Shown here one piece after another: positions 1 to 11,625 of a stretch of DNA of 64,000 nt (positions within the stretch are counted from its first letter, which is position 1; each line of letters begins with the position of its first letter). Under the pieces are notes generated by a model. The model saw only the letters and a list, made by a program, of their open reading frames with translations. It was not told the DNA's origin and ran no database searches. Made by a program: the position numbers and the translations under genes. The stretch spans positions 79,866,948 to 79,930,947 of the forward strand of contig NC_092374.1 in NCBI RefSeq assembly GCF_030028105.1, read 5' to 3'. Source of the stretch: Mobula birostris (lineage: Eukaryota).

Positions 1-39
1 TATTGGTCTGATGCATGGGAGCCCCTGCCACAACTTGTA

Positions 40-1113
40 TGGCCAGGTACCTTCTGTTTAGATGTTGCAATTTTATTCATGCTCACTTTCATTCCTGACT
101 GCAGCTTAATTGCATCTCTGTCTGCTGTTTTCATTGATAACAACTATTTCAACTGCTCTCTTCAAAGTGAATTGTGCTTCAGTTAGGGGCCAATCTTGAA
201 CGCTTTCTTGTAAGATTCTACAATTCAAACCATCTCTGAAGGTATCATTAAGTCCATCATTGAACTGAAAATGCTGAAACAATCTCTTCAATTCAGCCAT
301 GTAAGTTGAAATGGACTCCCCTTCCTATTGCTTCTGCTTATGAAATCTAAAGTGTTCTGCAAACAACAATGGTTTTGGTTCTAAGTGATACTTTCAGAAT
401 ATCAGCAAAGTCTGTTGTATCCATTTTGGTTGGAGCAGTTAAACTGTATGCCTTTAAACCCAATGCACTCAGCATTGGTACTTGCTTCCCATTGGCTATT
501 TGTTTTGCTTTAAAGTACGGGTCAATTAACTCAGTATACATATTCCAGTTATCTGTTGTGTAGTAGAATGTGTCAATGTGTCAATCTTTCTAATGTAGAC
601 AGCCATCTCTGCCTTTCTTTATCACCTAGTACTCCTCATGGACCCATGAATTCTTCCATTTTCTGCTTTTTTAAAAAAAACTTGATCTTATCTTCCCTTC
701 CAAAGAACATGCATTGTGTTTCTTTTTAAAAAAAAACTCAACTGTTTTGCTGTGCCTTTTTAAAAAATATAACCACTTCACTGTGCTTTTATGAACTTGA
801 ATGTCTTGCTGTGCTTCAACAGGTAGTTTGTTGTCTGAGGTTCGTTTCAAAAATATCTCATCACCACTGGTATGTTTTGTAACTCCAACACATTAAAGTA
901 ATTAAAAGAAAAAGACAGGAGTCCAAACTGCGAGTCTAACTCAGTTTTATTTTAAGTGAGTGCGCACGTATCATGTGGTAGCATCTTGACATGTGCAATT
1001 CACTTATTTTTGCATAGAACCCATATTGAAATATTTAAACAAACCAGAATGCTTAATCAAATGATATATTTACAATATTACCCAAATACCACTGAATTAT
1101 CTAATACACAACA
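40..1113 (-). mobile_element. Decayed Gypsy (Mag-like) LTR retrotransposon 5' part: LTR 868-1113, tRNA-Ser-type PBS 857-866, gag remnant from ATG ~606
   Basis: Minus strand reads TGTTG...CATACCA then TGGTGATGAG, a CpG-decayed TGGCGACGAG complementary to the tRNA-Ser(GCU) 3' end. ORFs 347-541 and 106-300 (YTELIDPYFKAK..LSALGLKAYSL..; MAELKRLFQHFQFNDGLNDTFRD..LTEAQFTLKRAVEI) match Gypsy capsid motifs, with frameshifts. Confidence 0.8.
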
Positions 1114-1384
1114 GTGGCCTGCAAACATTAGCACCGTGCAGAACTGACTCCTTTACTCATTTTTGGACTCTGCGGTTCATGTTCTGTGTTATTTGCTTAT
1201 CTTTTTTATCATTTGCATGTTTTGTTCTTTTTCCCACACATTTGGTGTTTGACGGTCTTTGTTGAGTGGGTTTTTTCTTTAAGTAGGTTATATTTTGTTG
1301 TGGCTGCCTGCAAGCAGACGACTGTTAAGGTTGAATACTGTAAACATACTTCGATGATAAATGTACTTTGAAGTCTGCAAGTGT

Positions 1385-2085
1385 CTAGATATAAAGTGAA
1401 GTGTGTGTATCTCTGTATGTTCACATGTGTCTCTTTGTGTATGCCTATGCATATGTGTTTGCGTGTGTGACCTGTGTGTAAATATGTGTGAGTGTGAATA
1501 AGCACATAATATATGTGTTGTATGCACGCATGTGTAAATCTAAATGTGTGTGAGTATGTGACTGTCAGTGAGAGTGTGTGAACAGCTGTCTGTGTGTGTC
1601 TATGAGTAAGTGTGTATTGGTGTGTGAAAGACTGAGTGTGAAAGAGAGTGCAGGTGGGAATGCTGCACACAAACGTGAGTTGGCCTGTGTGTCTGCCCAT
1701 GTGAGTTTGGGAATGTGGTAGTGAGTGCTTTTCTTTCTGATCCACAGCCTGGGGAGATGTCCTGGGTGTGGCTGCATCTGGCAATGAGTGAGAGTGAGTG
1801 TGAGTGAAAGTGTGTGTGAGTGAGTGTGTGTGTGTGCAAGCTCATCTCATTAACATTCACCCAGTCTGAATGGTCATTATTAGTTCAAACACACTCATGC
1901 ACACACACACACTCTCATATAGAGATCCAGCCTCACACTCAAACACACACACTCACAGAGACCCAGATTCACACACAAACACCCACTCACTAACACACAT
2001 TCCACATACACACACTCACATGCGCACAATTATGCACACTCACACTCTTTGTACTCAATGTAACAGGGTGTGTGTGTGAACAGGG
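1385..2085. repeat. (TG)n/(CA)n-rich low-complexity tract
   Basis: Degenerate TG runs to ~1836, then CA runs ~1888-2045; source of the spurious His/Thr-rich ORFs. Confidence 0.9.
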
Positions 2086-2454
2086 TGTGCAAGAATGATC
2101 CAGTCTCAGAGAACCTTTGGCAGAAATTGTGAGCTTTGCCATTGCTGGTTTGTATTTCTGCAGTGGTTACGGTATCTTATCATTAGATTTCCTCTTGCTG
2201 AGTTACAATGAGCAAATCTTCATACCAGGAAGCTGGAGTTGTGACATCTGGTGGGAAGGCACGTGCGCAGTGAGTGCTGATGGAGTAAGTGGTTCCTCGG
2301 TCTCTGACGGACACATGATTCTGCAGCTGCGTTTGTGAATTACAGATCACCGATTGCTCAACAGCACCTCTGCCGAAGCTTGAAACATGTAACAATTTCA
2401 AACTGCTGCAATACACACAAAATTCTGGAGGAACTCAGCTGGTCGGGCAGCATT

Positions 2455-3720
2455 TCAATCATGGCTGATTTATTTTCCCTCTCAACCCCATTCTCCTGCC
2501 TTCTTCACAAAACCTTTAACACCCCGACTAATCAAGAACCCATCAACCTTTGTTTTAAATGTACACAATGACTTGGCCTCCACAGCCATCTGGGGCAAAG
2601 AATTCCTCGGAAACACCACCATCTAGCTGAAGAAATTCCTCTTCATCTCTGTTCTAAAGGGATGTCTTTCTACTCTGAGGCTGTGCCTCTGGTCCTAGAT
2701 TCACCCACTATAGGAAACATCCTCTCCATGTCCACTCTTTCTAGGCCTTTCAGTATTCGATTGGTTTCAATGAGCTCCCCCCCGTATTCTTTTAAACTCC
2801 AACAAGTACAGACCAGAGCCACAAAATGTTCCTTATACTTTCACCCTTTCATTCCTGTAATCATTTTCGTGAATTTCCCCTGGACTCCCTGCAATGCTAA
2901 AATATCCTTTCTTAAATAAGGGATCCAAAACTGCTCACAATACTCCAAATGAGGCCTCACTTGGGCCTTATAAATTCTCAGCATTACATCCTTGTGTTTA
3001 TGTATTTATTTTTTGATTGATTGATTGAGATACAGTGCGGAATAGTCCCTTCTGGCCCTTTGAGCCTTGCTGCCCAGCAACCCCTGATTTAACCCCAGCC
3101 TAATCACGGGACAATTTACAATGACCAATTAACCTACCAAACAGTACGTATTTAGACTGTGGGAGGAAACCGGAGCACTTGGAGGAAACCCACAGGGAGG
3201 ACATACAAAATCCTTACAGGCAGTGGCGGGAACTGAACCTGGACCCGTAGGTACTGTAAAGCGTTGTGCTAACCACTAAGCTACCATGCCACCCCAAATC
3301 ACTTATATTCTAGTCCTCTCAAAATGATTGCTAACATTGCATTTGGCTTCCTTATCACTGACTCAGCCTGCAAGTTAACCTTCAGGGAATCCTGCATTTG
3401 AACTCCCAAGTCCCTTTGCCCCTCTGATTTCTGAATTTGTCCCCTATTTAGAAAATAGTCTACACCTTTATTCCTTCTACCAAAGTGCATGAGTACTTCC
3501 TGACACTGTATCCTGCCTGATACTTGATTGCTCATTCTCCTCATCTGTCTGAGTCCTTCTGCAGACTCCCTGCTTCCTCAACACTAGCTGCCCCTCCACC
3601 TATCTTTGTGTCATCCACAAAGCCATCAATTCTGTCATCCAAACCATTGACATATCACATGAAAAGAAACCGGACGCCTGCGGGACACCATTGACCACAT
3701 CCGACTGCCAACCAGAAAGG
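2455..3720 (-). mobile_element. CR1 LINE 3' RT fragment, interrupted by a SINE
   Basis: ORF 3299-3544 (MHFGRRN..QRDLGVQMQDSLKVNLQAESVIRKPNAMLA) is CR1 RT C-terminus. Confidence 0.8.
3030..3295 (-). mobile_element. tRNA-derived V-SINE (HE1-like)
   Basis: Minus-strand head with A-box-like TAGCTTAGTGGTTAG and B-box-like GGTTCAGTTCC, followed by V-SINE core GGTTTCCTCC..GTGCTCCGGTTTCCTCCCACAGTC. Related copies at ~7940-8165(-), ~26405-26625(-), ~33235-33440(-). Confidence 0.75.
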
Positions 3721-3884
3721 GCTCCCTTTAGATCAAAGCCGTGGGTCAAGGAGTTACAATTAATTGCAGCATGTGTGTGTTTTTCACAGAGTTTATTGAC
3801 ACTGTGTGAACTGAAAGTTTATGCACATTCAAAGCACAACAGCTCCCGACCCACCACTGCCCTACAACAGCAGAGGCCCAGATC

Positions 3885-4620
3885 ATGTGTGGAATGTGTG
3901 AAAAGGGCAGAGAGACAGTCTGTGTGGAAGACTGTTTGTGACTGTAGGAATGTTTCTGTATCATGGCATGTGTGAGAGACAGATTGTGTGTGCGACTGTA
4001 TGAGAGGCATTATGTAACTTCATGTCTCATTGAGTCTTTGATGGTGTGTACGTGACTGTGAGACTGGGATGGTCTGTGTCACTATGAATCTGTGGTGGTG
4101 GTGGTGGTGTGTGTGTGTGTGACTGTGAGACTGGGATGGTGTGTGTCACTGATTGTGAAACTGGGATGGTGTGTGTCAATGATTGTGAGACTGGGATGGT
4201 GTGTGTCACCATGAGTCTGTGATGGTGTGTGTTTGTGACTGTGAGACTGCATGACAGAGAGGATGACTGTAGGTGTGACTGTGTGTGGGAGAGAGTGTGA
4301 GGCAGTGCGTGACTGTGCGCCTGTGACGGTATGTGCGACTGTAGAGGTGATTGTATGTGTGAGGGAAAATTGTGTGAGAGACTGCAGGATTATGTCTGTG
4401 TCTGTGTCTGTCTCTGTGTCTGCCAATATGTTTGAGAGAGTGTCTATGTCTATAACTGTGCACGACAGTGAGACATTGTGTGTGTGTGCAGGTGACTGTG
4501 AGTCTGTGTGTGTGCGCGTCCACGCCTGAAGAACTTGTGTGACATGACTGTGTGAGGGAAACCATGTGTGATTGTGTGTGTGTGTGTGTTGTGTTTCTCT
4601 ATGTGTGCTGTGTGTGATTT
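3885..4620. repeat. TG-rich tract with a ~30-bp tandem unit (GTGACTGTGAGACTGGGATGGTGTGTGTCA) at ~4050-4210
   Basis: Direct inspection; about 5 degenerate units. Confidence 0.85.
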
Positions 4621-4734
4621 TGTTATGAACCAAAGTCTCTCTACTCACCACGGGTCACCCCCTCCCTCCCCCGTCATAGAACGACCTTAGAAATGGACAA
4701 GGGAATCACAAATCGGGGCCACAGAGTCCATATA

Positions 4735-4916
4735 CACAGCCTAATCTGGGATCACCCTGTGCAGTCACATACCAGTCTGGGATTAGGCTGTGCCTACACG
4801 GGCCTGTCTGTCCCATTATCCAATGACGGACCGGTCTGGGATCACCCTGTGCAGACACGGCCCGGTCTGGGCTTCCACTGTGAAGACACGGCCCAGACTG
4901 GGATCACCCCGTGCAT
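4735..4916. repeat. ~30-bp degenerate tandem repeat (GTCTGGGATCACCCTGTGCAGACACGGCC-like) abutting the GPCR stop codon
   Basis: About 6 units; CTGGGATCACCC recurs three times. Confidence 0.75.
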
Positions 4917-6023
4917 TCAGTGACGGATCCAGCTCTTGGTCGTATCATTGCTCCGACGGCTGATGGTGAGTTTCCAGCGCTGCCGGCAGCACGGCGGGAC
5001 GCAGGTGAAGGAGTGGCGGCTGAGAGAGTAGATGAGTGGGTCCAGGCAGCTGTTGATGCTGGTCAGGGCCATGGTGACCCGACGCGCCGCGTACGTGAAG
5101 CGGATAAACTGGCAGCTAGACCACAGCTCCAGGCGGCGGAGGGTGTGCAGCACCTGGATCACATGATAGGGCACGAAGCAGATCAGGAAGACGGCGAGAA
5201 CCAGCAACACCGTGCGAAGGGCCTTCTTCTTAACCGTGTGCACGGAGCGGCCGGCGGCTGGCTCTAGCAGCCGGCGGGCGATCAGCGGATAGCACACGGC
5301 GATCACCAGCAGGGGCAGGAGGAAGCCGAGGCCGGCCGCCACGAAGCTGATGCCAGAGATGCGGCCGCTCCAGGAGCTGGAGGAGAAGTTCTCCAGGCAG
5401 GCCGTCCGGCCGTTCGGGAACTTGCTGGTGAGCGGCCCCTTGAGCATGAGGTAGAGGATACAGGCGACCAGCAGCAGCCAGATGAGAGCGCAGATGAGCA
5501 GCCGGTAGCGGGGCTGGCGGAGCTGCAAGGAGCGCAGCGGGTGAACCACGGCGATGTAGCGGTCCACGCAGATGCAGGTGAGGAAGAAGGTGCTGCCGTA
5601 CATGTTGGCGAAGAAAAGCGAGCCCGTGATCTTGCAGCCCCATTCACCAAAGATCCAGTCATTGCCTAGGGCGTGGTAGACCATCTTGAAGGGCAGGGTC
5701 AGTGCGAAGATCAAATCGATGACGGCCAGGTTCACCATGAACACGTCTGAGGGCGAGAGTTTCTCTTTGGCCCGCAGGAAGAACCAAAGGGCGGCGGAGT
5801 TGGCGGCGGTGCCCAGCACGAAGACCAAGCTGTAAACCACGGGGAACATGATGTACTGGAAGTCGGCGCTCTCTGCGCAGTCTTGCGTGGTGTTGGCGGT
5901 GACCGAGAGGTTCCAGCTGTCCGTGGTGTTAAGGCCCATGAGAGACCAAGGAGAGGACGGCGTTCCCTCGACCCCGAACCTCTCTGTAGCCGCGGGGTCA
6001 GATCCCACACTCGTGTCAGCCAT
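4917..6023 (-). CDS. Class A (rhodopsin) delta-group GPCR, P2Y/LPAR6/GPR17-like, 368 aa, single coding exon
   Basis: Seven hydrophobic helices with GxxxN (TM1), NLAVIDL (TM2), C..DRY (TM3), FLLP..CY (TM5), CFVPYH (TM6), NSCLDPLIY (TM7). N-glycosylation sites NTT/NLS/NTT and C-tail Cys. GC/CpG-rich. First ATG is at 6023; the track start at 6041 is a GTG. Confidence 0.95.
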   Translation of the reverse strand: MADTSVGSDPAATERFGVEGTPSSPWSLMGLNTTDSWNLSVTANTTQDCAESADFQYIMFPVVYSLVFVLGTAANSAALWFFLRAKEKLSPSDVFMVNLAVIDLIFALTLPFKMVYHALGNDWIFGEWGCKITGSLFFANMYGSTFFLTCICVDRYIAVVHPLRSLQLRQPRYRLLICALIWLLLVACILYLMLKGPLTSKFPNGRTACLENFSSSSWSGRISGISFVAAGLGFLLPLLVIAVCYPLIARRLLEPAAGRSVHTVKKKALRTVLLVLAVFLICFVPYHVIQVLHTLRRLELWSSCQFIRFTYAARRVTMALTSINSCLDPLIYSLSRHSFTCVPPCCRQRWKLTISRRSNDTTKSWIRH

Positions 6024-6166
6024 CTGCACAGAGTCGTACACTGTTCACCAGCGTTAATACCCCGCACTCAATGAATGGTCCTTATCTGGCTCTCGTTTGC
6101 TTCAGTTCCGAGGAGGACTTCCCCAATTGAAGTTCCCTTGAAAGGCTACCTTCCTTGTCTGGGGAC

Positions 6167-6190
6167 CTGCAGATAAGAATAAAGGAGCTG
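6167..6190 (-). promoter_or_regulatory. Probable splice acceptor opening the GPCR coding exon (exon starts 6166)
   Basis: Minus strand CTCCTTTATTCTTATCTGCAG|GTCC; no ATG between 6166 and 6023. Confidence 0.6.
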
Positions 6191-7532
6191 TCATTAATTC
6201 ACCCGTGAACTTTGTTGCTCCTCTCAGTAAGATCCTGGACCCCCATCCCTGCATGTGCCCACAGACATCTTCCAGGAAATGGGAGCTGGTGCTGGTGCTG
6301 GGACACAGGGTGATGTTCTGCAAGGAGAGATGGCGGCAGACCACCGGCAGTGGTCCTGCCCTGGGCCCACCCACCAAACCAGGTGTTTGTTCAAATTGTG
6401 TAAATTTTGTGTAGAGTTTATGGTTAATTGATTTTTTTTTCTTGTGAATGGATGGCATGTCCCTGTAATGCTACTGCAAATAAGATTTTCTTCCCAGCTC
6501 TGGAACATGTACTTGTGCATCTGACAATGAACTCGAGATGACGTTCTGTGATACAGGGAAGTCGATCTGCAGGGAAGAAGTGCTGTCATTACTCTGGAGC
6601 ATAGAACAAGAGTTGTGGCAGCCCTGGAGATGGTCCCTCTCAACTTGATGGTGAGGGAAACTCTTCCTGAGTACTGAGGAGCTGTCGACTCCTTACTGCA
6701 CGTCCAGAGCACGATCCTTTACACTAGTTCCAACTCCCTCAGCATCCGCCGGAACTGTCATGCATTGCTGACATACCCCGCTAATGGGATAGGCAGGGGA
6801 CACTCACACCGTTATCAGATCACCTCCAACCCTCCAGCATCCGGACTTTGTGTTGCTTCCCTAAATGCTCCAAAGTCTTATGCACAGGTAGTCACTTTTA
6901 TATCGCAGATTCTCAGATGTTTGCACAGGGACCAGAAGTCATCTGGTTGGATGGTAGAGGACTCTCGAAGGCCAGTTGGCCATTTCCTGTGCTGAATGCT
7001 CACAGGATTATGGGACTAGGCAGGTGGATGCCATAGCTCGAGCACAGGGTGGGAGGGTCCTGTGGATTCCACAATCCCACAAGACCTACAGCACCAACCC
7101 CCTCTGGATCCCCACTTGACATCATTCTGCTGTGCCCTCCATAAACTCCGCCCTCCCCTCCAATTGTTCCCCCTCCTCTACCTCCCTCCCCTTCCTTAAA
7201 GCTCTGTGTAGTGCTTTACATTGTTTACACTGCAACAATCCTCTCTGGTACATTCATATTTCAAGACTTTAAGATAAGTGAAGGTTATCAGATAAATAAA
7301 TTATGGGGTCAAAGTCCTATTATTGTTAAGGAAGTAGCAATTATTCCCAGCTTTGTCAACTATACACAAGGTGTGAGAGTGAGTGGGAATGTTCACTGTT
7401 TCCTGAACACCAGCATTGTGTGGGGTTACAGTCACAGTGCTTGACAGCAAGAAGGCAGCCCTTCAGCCCGTCTCATCCATGCTGACCAAGTTGCATAAGC
7501 AAGCTATTCCCATGTGTCACGTTCCTCTAGAC

Positions 7533-7617
7533 CAGGGGTCCCCAACATTTTTTATGCCATGCGCCTGGACCAATACCATTCAGTAAGCAGTCTGTGAACC
7601 TCAGGTTGGGGACCCTG
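7533..7617. mobile_element. hAT-type MITE (related copies 8431-8568 and 39746-39820)
   Basis: TIRs CAGGGGTCCCCAAC...GTTGGGGACCCTG; degenerate 8-bp TSD ctctagac/ctctaaat with TCTAGA-like target typical of hAT/Charlie elements. Confidence 0.75.
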
Positions 7618-9315
7618 CTCTAAATCTTTCCTATTTATGTCCATGTCCAAGTATCTTTTCAATGTCTTAATTGTACCATTTCCTTTAACAGCTTGTTTTG
7701 TACATTTACTATCCTGTGTGAAAAAAAATTACCTCTCACTTTGAAAGCTAATGCCCCCCTAGTTTTAAGCTCCACTGCCCAGGGAGGGGGTGGGGTGGAA
7801 TCTGTGGCTATTTCCCTTAACTCTGTTCCTTAAGATTTTATAAATATCAATAAGGTTACCCCTGAGCCTCCTTCAGTCCAGGGAAAATAGTCTTAGCTTA
7901 ACCAGATTCACTTCATAACCTGGTAATTTATTTATTGGGATACATCACGGAATTGGCCTGTCCGGCCCTTCAGACCCCACTGCCCGGAAACCCTAGACTG
8001 ATCACGGGACAGTTTACAATGACTCATTAACCTACGAAACGGTACGCCTTTGGACTATGGGAGGAAACAGGGAGAACGTACACACTCCTTACAGGCAGCG
8101 ACAGGAGTTCAACTCGTTGCCTGCACTGTAAAGCGTTGTGCTAACCACTACATTACCACGCTGCCCCATAATATCGTTGCGTCTGTATTTTTCAGCACCC
8201 TTCCAGTTTAATGACTTCCTCCCATAGCTGGGTGACCAGAACTCTACAAGGTGTGGTCAGCTGTAACATGTCATCAAAAACTTCCTGAGTAATGAAGGCA
8301 AGTACCTTCTTCGCCACCCTGTCTACTTGACATGGGGCATGGACACAGGCTCTTCAGCCCTGAGTTGATCTCATCTGCCTGTAGTTGGCCCATAGTTCTC
8401 TACACCTTTCCTATCCATGTACAATTAGATCAGGGGTTCCCAGCATGGCGTCCCCAGACGGACTGGGAACCCCTGATCTGGAAAGATGTAGAGAACTGTG
8501 GGCAAAACGCAGGCAGATTAATGGTCAATGGTAAGGCCCCATGGCATAAAAAAGGTTGGGAACCCGTGATCTAGATGTTTGTTAATGTGCCGCTTATGCC
8601 ACTATTTCTGGCAGCTTATTCTAAATATGCACCAACCTTTGTGTGAAGAAGCTGCCCCTGATGACTCCTTTAAACTTCTCGCCTCTGATCTTAAACTCAC
8701 GCCCCTCTTGTTTTCAACGCCTCCTTCCTGAAAAAAAACAAGTGCTTTCACTCCTTCTATGCCCCTCATGATCTGTCAGGTCACCCTCTCAATTTCCTAA
8801 ATCCTAGGGAAAAGTGTCCTAGTCTATGCAACCTCTCCTTGTAACTCAGGCCCCTAAATCCAGGCAGCAATCTGGTAAATCTGTTCTGCATTGTTTCAGC
8901 TTTACTAACATCTGGCCTGTGACAGGATGGTCAGAACTGTGCACCATTGTCTAAGTGCAATCTCAGCAGTTAGCATAACTTCCTAAATCCCATACTCAGT
9001 GCCCTGACTGATGAAGGCCAATGTGCCAGATTTCTTCTTCCCCACCCTGACTAGCTGTGACACTGCTGTCAGCGATTCACGCCCTCGCACCCCGAGGTCC
9101 ATCTGTGCCACAACACTCCTCTGGGCCTTACCGTTCACTGCGTTAACCCTATCCTGGTTTGACCCCCGTGCTCTCGTCATTCCTCTTGCGCAGGCGTGTA
9201 ACAGTTAGTGAGGGAGACAGTCGATTCAAAACGTCAACCATGCTTTTGCCTGTGCAGATGCTGCCTGGTCCACTGAGTGGTGTGCTTTTCACTCCGGATT
9301 CCATCATCTGCAGTC

Positions 9316-9511
9316 TTTTGTGACCCCAGCATCAGGCTTAATATCACTGACGTGTCATAAAATCTGTTGTTTTGCAGCAGCATTACAGTGCAATACATAA
9401 AAATATTTATTGTAATCTATAGATTTTTATGTATTGTAACATAATGCTGCCCCAAAACAACTAATTTTACGACATGTCAGTGATATTAAACCTGATGCTG
9501 GGGTCACAAAA
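9316..9511. repeat. Inverted repeat: ~89-bp arms, ~18-nt loop
   Basis: 9316-9404 is the reverse complement of 9423-9511 with about 11 mismatches; the outer 21 bp are perfect. Confidence 0.9.
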
Positions 9512-11299
9512 TTTATAACAAATTTATATTTATTGCATTATATATATAATAAATAAAAATACGAATATAAAGGTATTCTTCTTCTGGGCAGTGTCTTCAC
9601 AAGACATACATTATCGGTACTGTTCAGAGATTATCTGCCTGGCGTCAGTGGTTGCATAACCAGGACTTGTGATGTGCACCAGCTGCTCCCATGGCTTCAC
9701 ATGACCCTGAATTTTGGCGGGGGGGGGTGGGGTTGGGGGAGGTTAAGTAGGTGCTACACCTTGCCCAGAAGGCTAGCGGAGGGAAGGAGCTCCTTACGTC
9801 TCCTTTGACAGAGAGGGATCTCCACTCTGTCACTCTGTCCATTCAGAGGGGGAGAAGCCGTTCCTGAAATGCTCTGTGTTTCTTCAGGCTGCTCTACCTC
9901 CTCTGTAATGGTAATGATAGGAAGAGAGCACATCATGGTTGATGGGGGTCCTTAATGATGGATGCTGCCTTTCAAAGGTTTCCTTGATGCTGCAGATGTC
10001 AGAGCTCGCTGATGGAAATAATGAAAGGCATTTCCCTGGCACTGGTCACCATTTCAGGATGTCGCAAAGTGCCGTACGGCCAGCACAATACTTCTGAAGT
10101 GTGGCTACTGTTGTAACCATAGCGATCACTTCATTGTGAGTACAATACACGGTCAATGCATTCACCATGCAGATCGATGGGACTATGCAGAATAACAGTA
10201 TGGCACAGACTAGATGGGCCAAAGGGTCTGCTACTGAGCTGTAGTTCTCTATGGATATGACATTTCATTTCACTCTGTAGGATCTGCCAAAAACAAAATG
10301 AATCTGAATCTGAGAAACACTCACCAAGAGTCCAGTGGTCACTGAAATACTGAAGCAGTGGAATCTCTGAAACTGGTCTGTCTGCCAATTCTTTCCGTCT
10401 GTTTAGAATGACTCCTGTCTTTGCTGTGTTCTGGCTTCATCTGGGTTATGCTCTGTTCAATGAACAGAGGTTACTGATATTATACTTCCTGTTCAGTAAA
10501 TTTCCCAACTGGGTAAATTCCCTCAACCTCCCTTGAAACCTTCTCGTCCTCTCTAACTGGAAGTGTGATTTGACAGAGAACTGTCTAAATATAATGAATC
10601 TGCTTGATTGTACTGAGGAAGAGATTGCCACATAGCCAAATAAACCTGACGCAATAAACATGTGAAATATGATTCACTCCTCACTTTGCTGACTGCACCG
10701 ATAAGCAGTTCTCATATTCTCCATTTCTTATAGCTAGGTTGATGAGTTTCAGTGAAGCAGGCTTTGTATTGATGTTTCCTCAGCCTCACATACCTTCGAT
10801 GGCAAAGAAAGAGCTTTTAAGGCAATAAAAGTTGACAACTTCTACATTTCTACAACTTAAGGTAACTTACCCAGCAAGGAAACAGGCCCTCCAGCAGAAC
10901 TCATCGATCCTGTATCCCTGCATTTGGACCGAATCCCTCTAACCATTTTCCTTATGGGTAAAGGGTTGGCACAACATTGTGGGCCAAAGGGTTTGTACTG
11001 CTGTATGCTCATGTTCCTTTAATGCAGAAACACTTGCAGGTTGACAATTTAATGAATGATTTGCCTGTAATCCGTTGTATAATTAAGTAGTTGGACCAAA
11101 GCCCTTTAACTATTTTCCATTTTGCTAACATTGTGATTGAACCACTTCTACTGTTTCTTCTGGCAACTCATTCCACATACCCACCTCCCTCTGTGTGTAT
11201 ATGTTGTCCCCCCCACCCCCAGATTCTCTTTAAATCTTTTCCCTCTCATGTTCTTGGGTGGTGGGGTGAAGATACATCTCTACCAAAGAAGGTGTGAGG

Positions 11300-11625
11300 T
11301 TTTCCTTCCGTCCCCTAGTGCAGGTCACCTTTGGGAAAGGTGTAGCAACTTCTTAGACCACCGCCCCCCCACCCCACCCTGATCAGGGTCACGTGAAGCC
11401 ATGGGAGCAGAGGGTGCACATCACAAGTCCTGGTTATGTGACCACTGACGCCAGGCAGACAATCTCTGAAGAGTATTGATAATGTCTGGGATCACCCGTC
11501 TTGTAAAGTCACTGCCTAGAAGAAGGCAGTGGCAAACCACTTCTGTAGAAAAATTTGCCAAGAACAATCACGGTCATGGAAAGACCATAAATCACCCACA
11601 TCTTATGACATGGCACATTACAAAC
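11300..11625 (+). mobile_element. RTE/BovB-tail-related SINE; partial inverted copy at ~9575-9765
   Basis: GTGCACATCACAAGTCCTGGTTATG..CCACTGACGCCAGGCAGA occurs here and reverse-complemented at ~9625-9680; GAAGGCAGTGGCAAACCAC is an RTE-like tail motif. Confidence 0.55.

Noticed and set aside
1209-4651. His/Thr- or Val/Cys-rich ORFs (1209-1784, 4082-4651 and others)
   Set aside because: Translations of CA/TG low-complexity tracts.
6024-6041. GPCR start at 6041 as given by the ORF track
   Set aside because: The codon is GTG; the first ATG after the likely acceptor is at 6023.
4911-6074. Overlapping and antisense ORFs across the GPCR
   Set aside because: By-product of high GC3 and stop-codon scarcity; no motifs.
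11455-11560. Hammerhead at CTGAAGA in the RTE-type SINE
   Set aside because: No correctly placed GAAA or closing stems were found.
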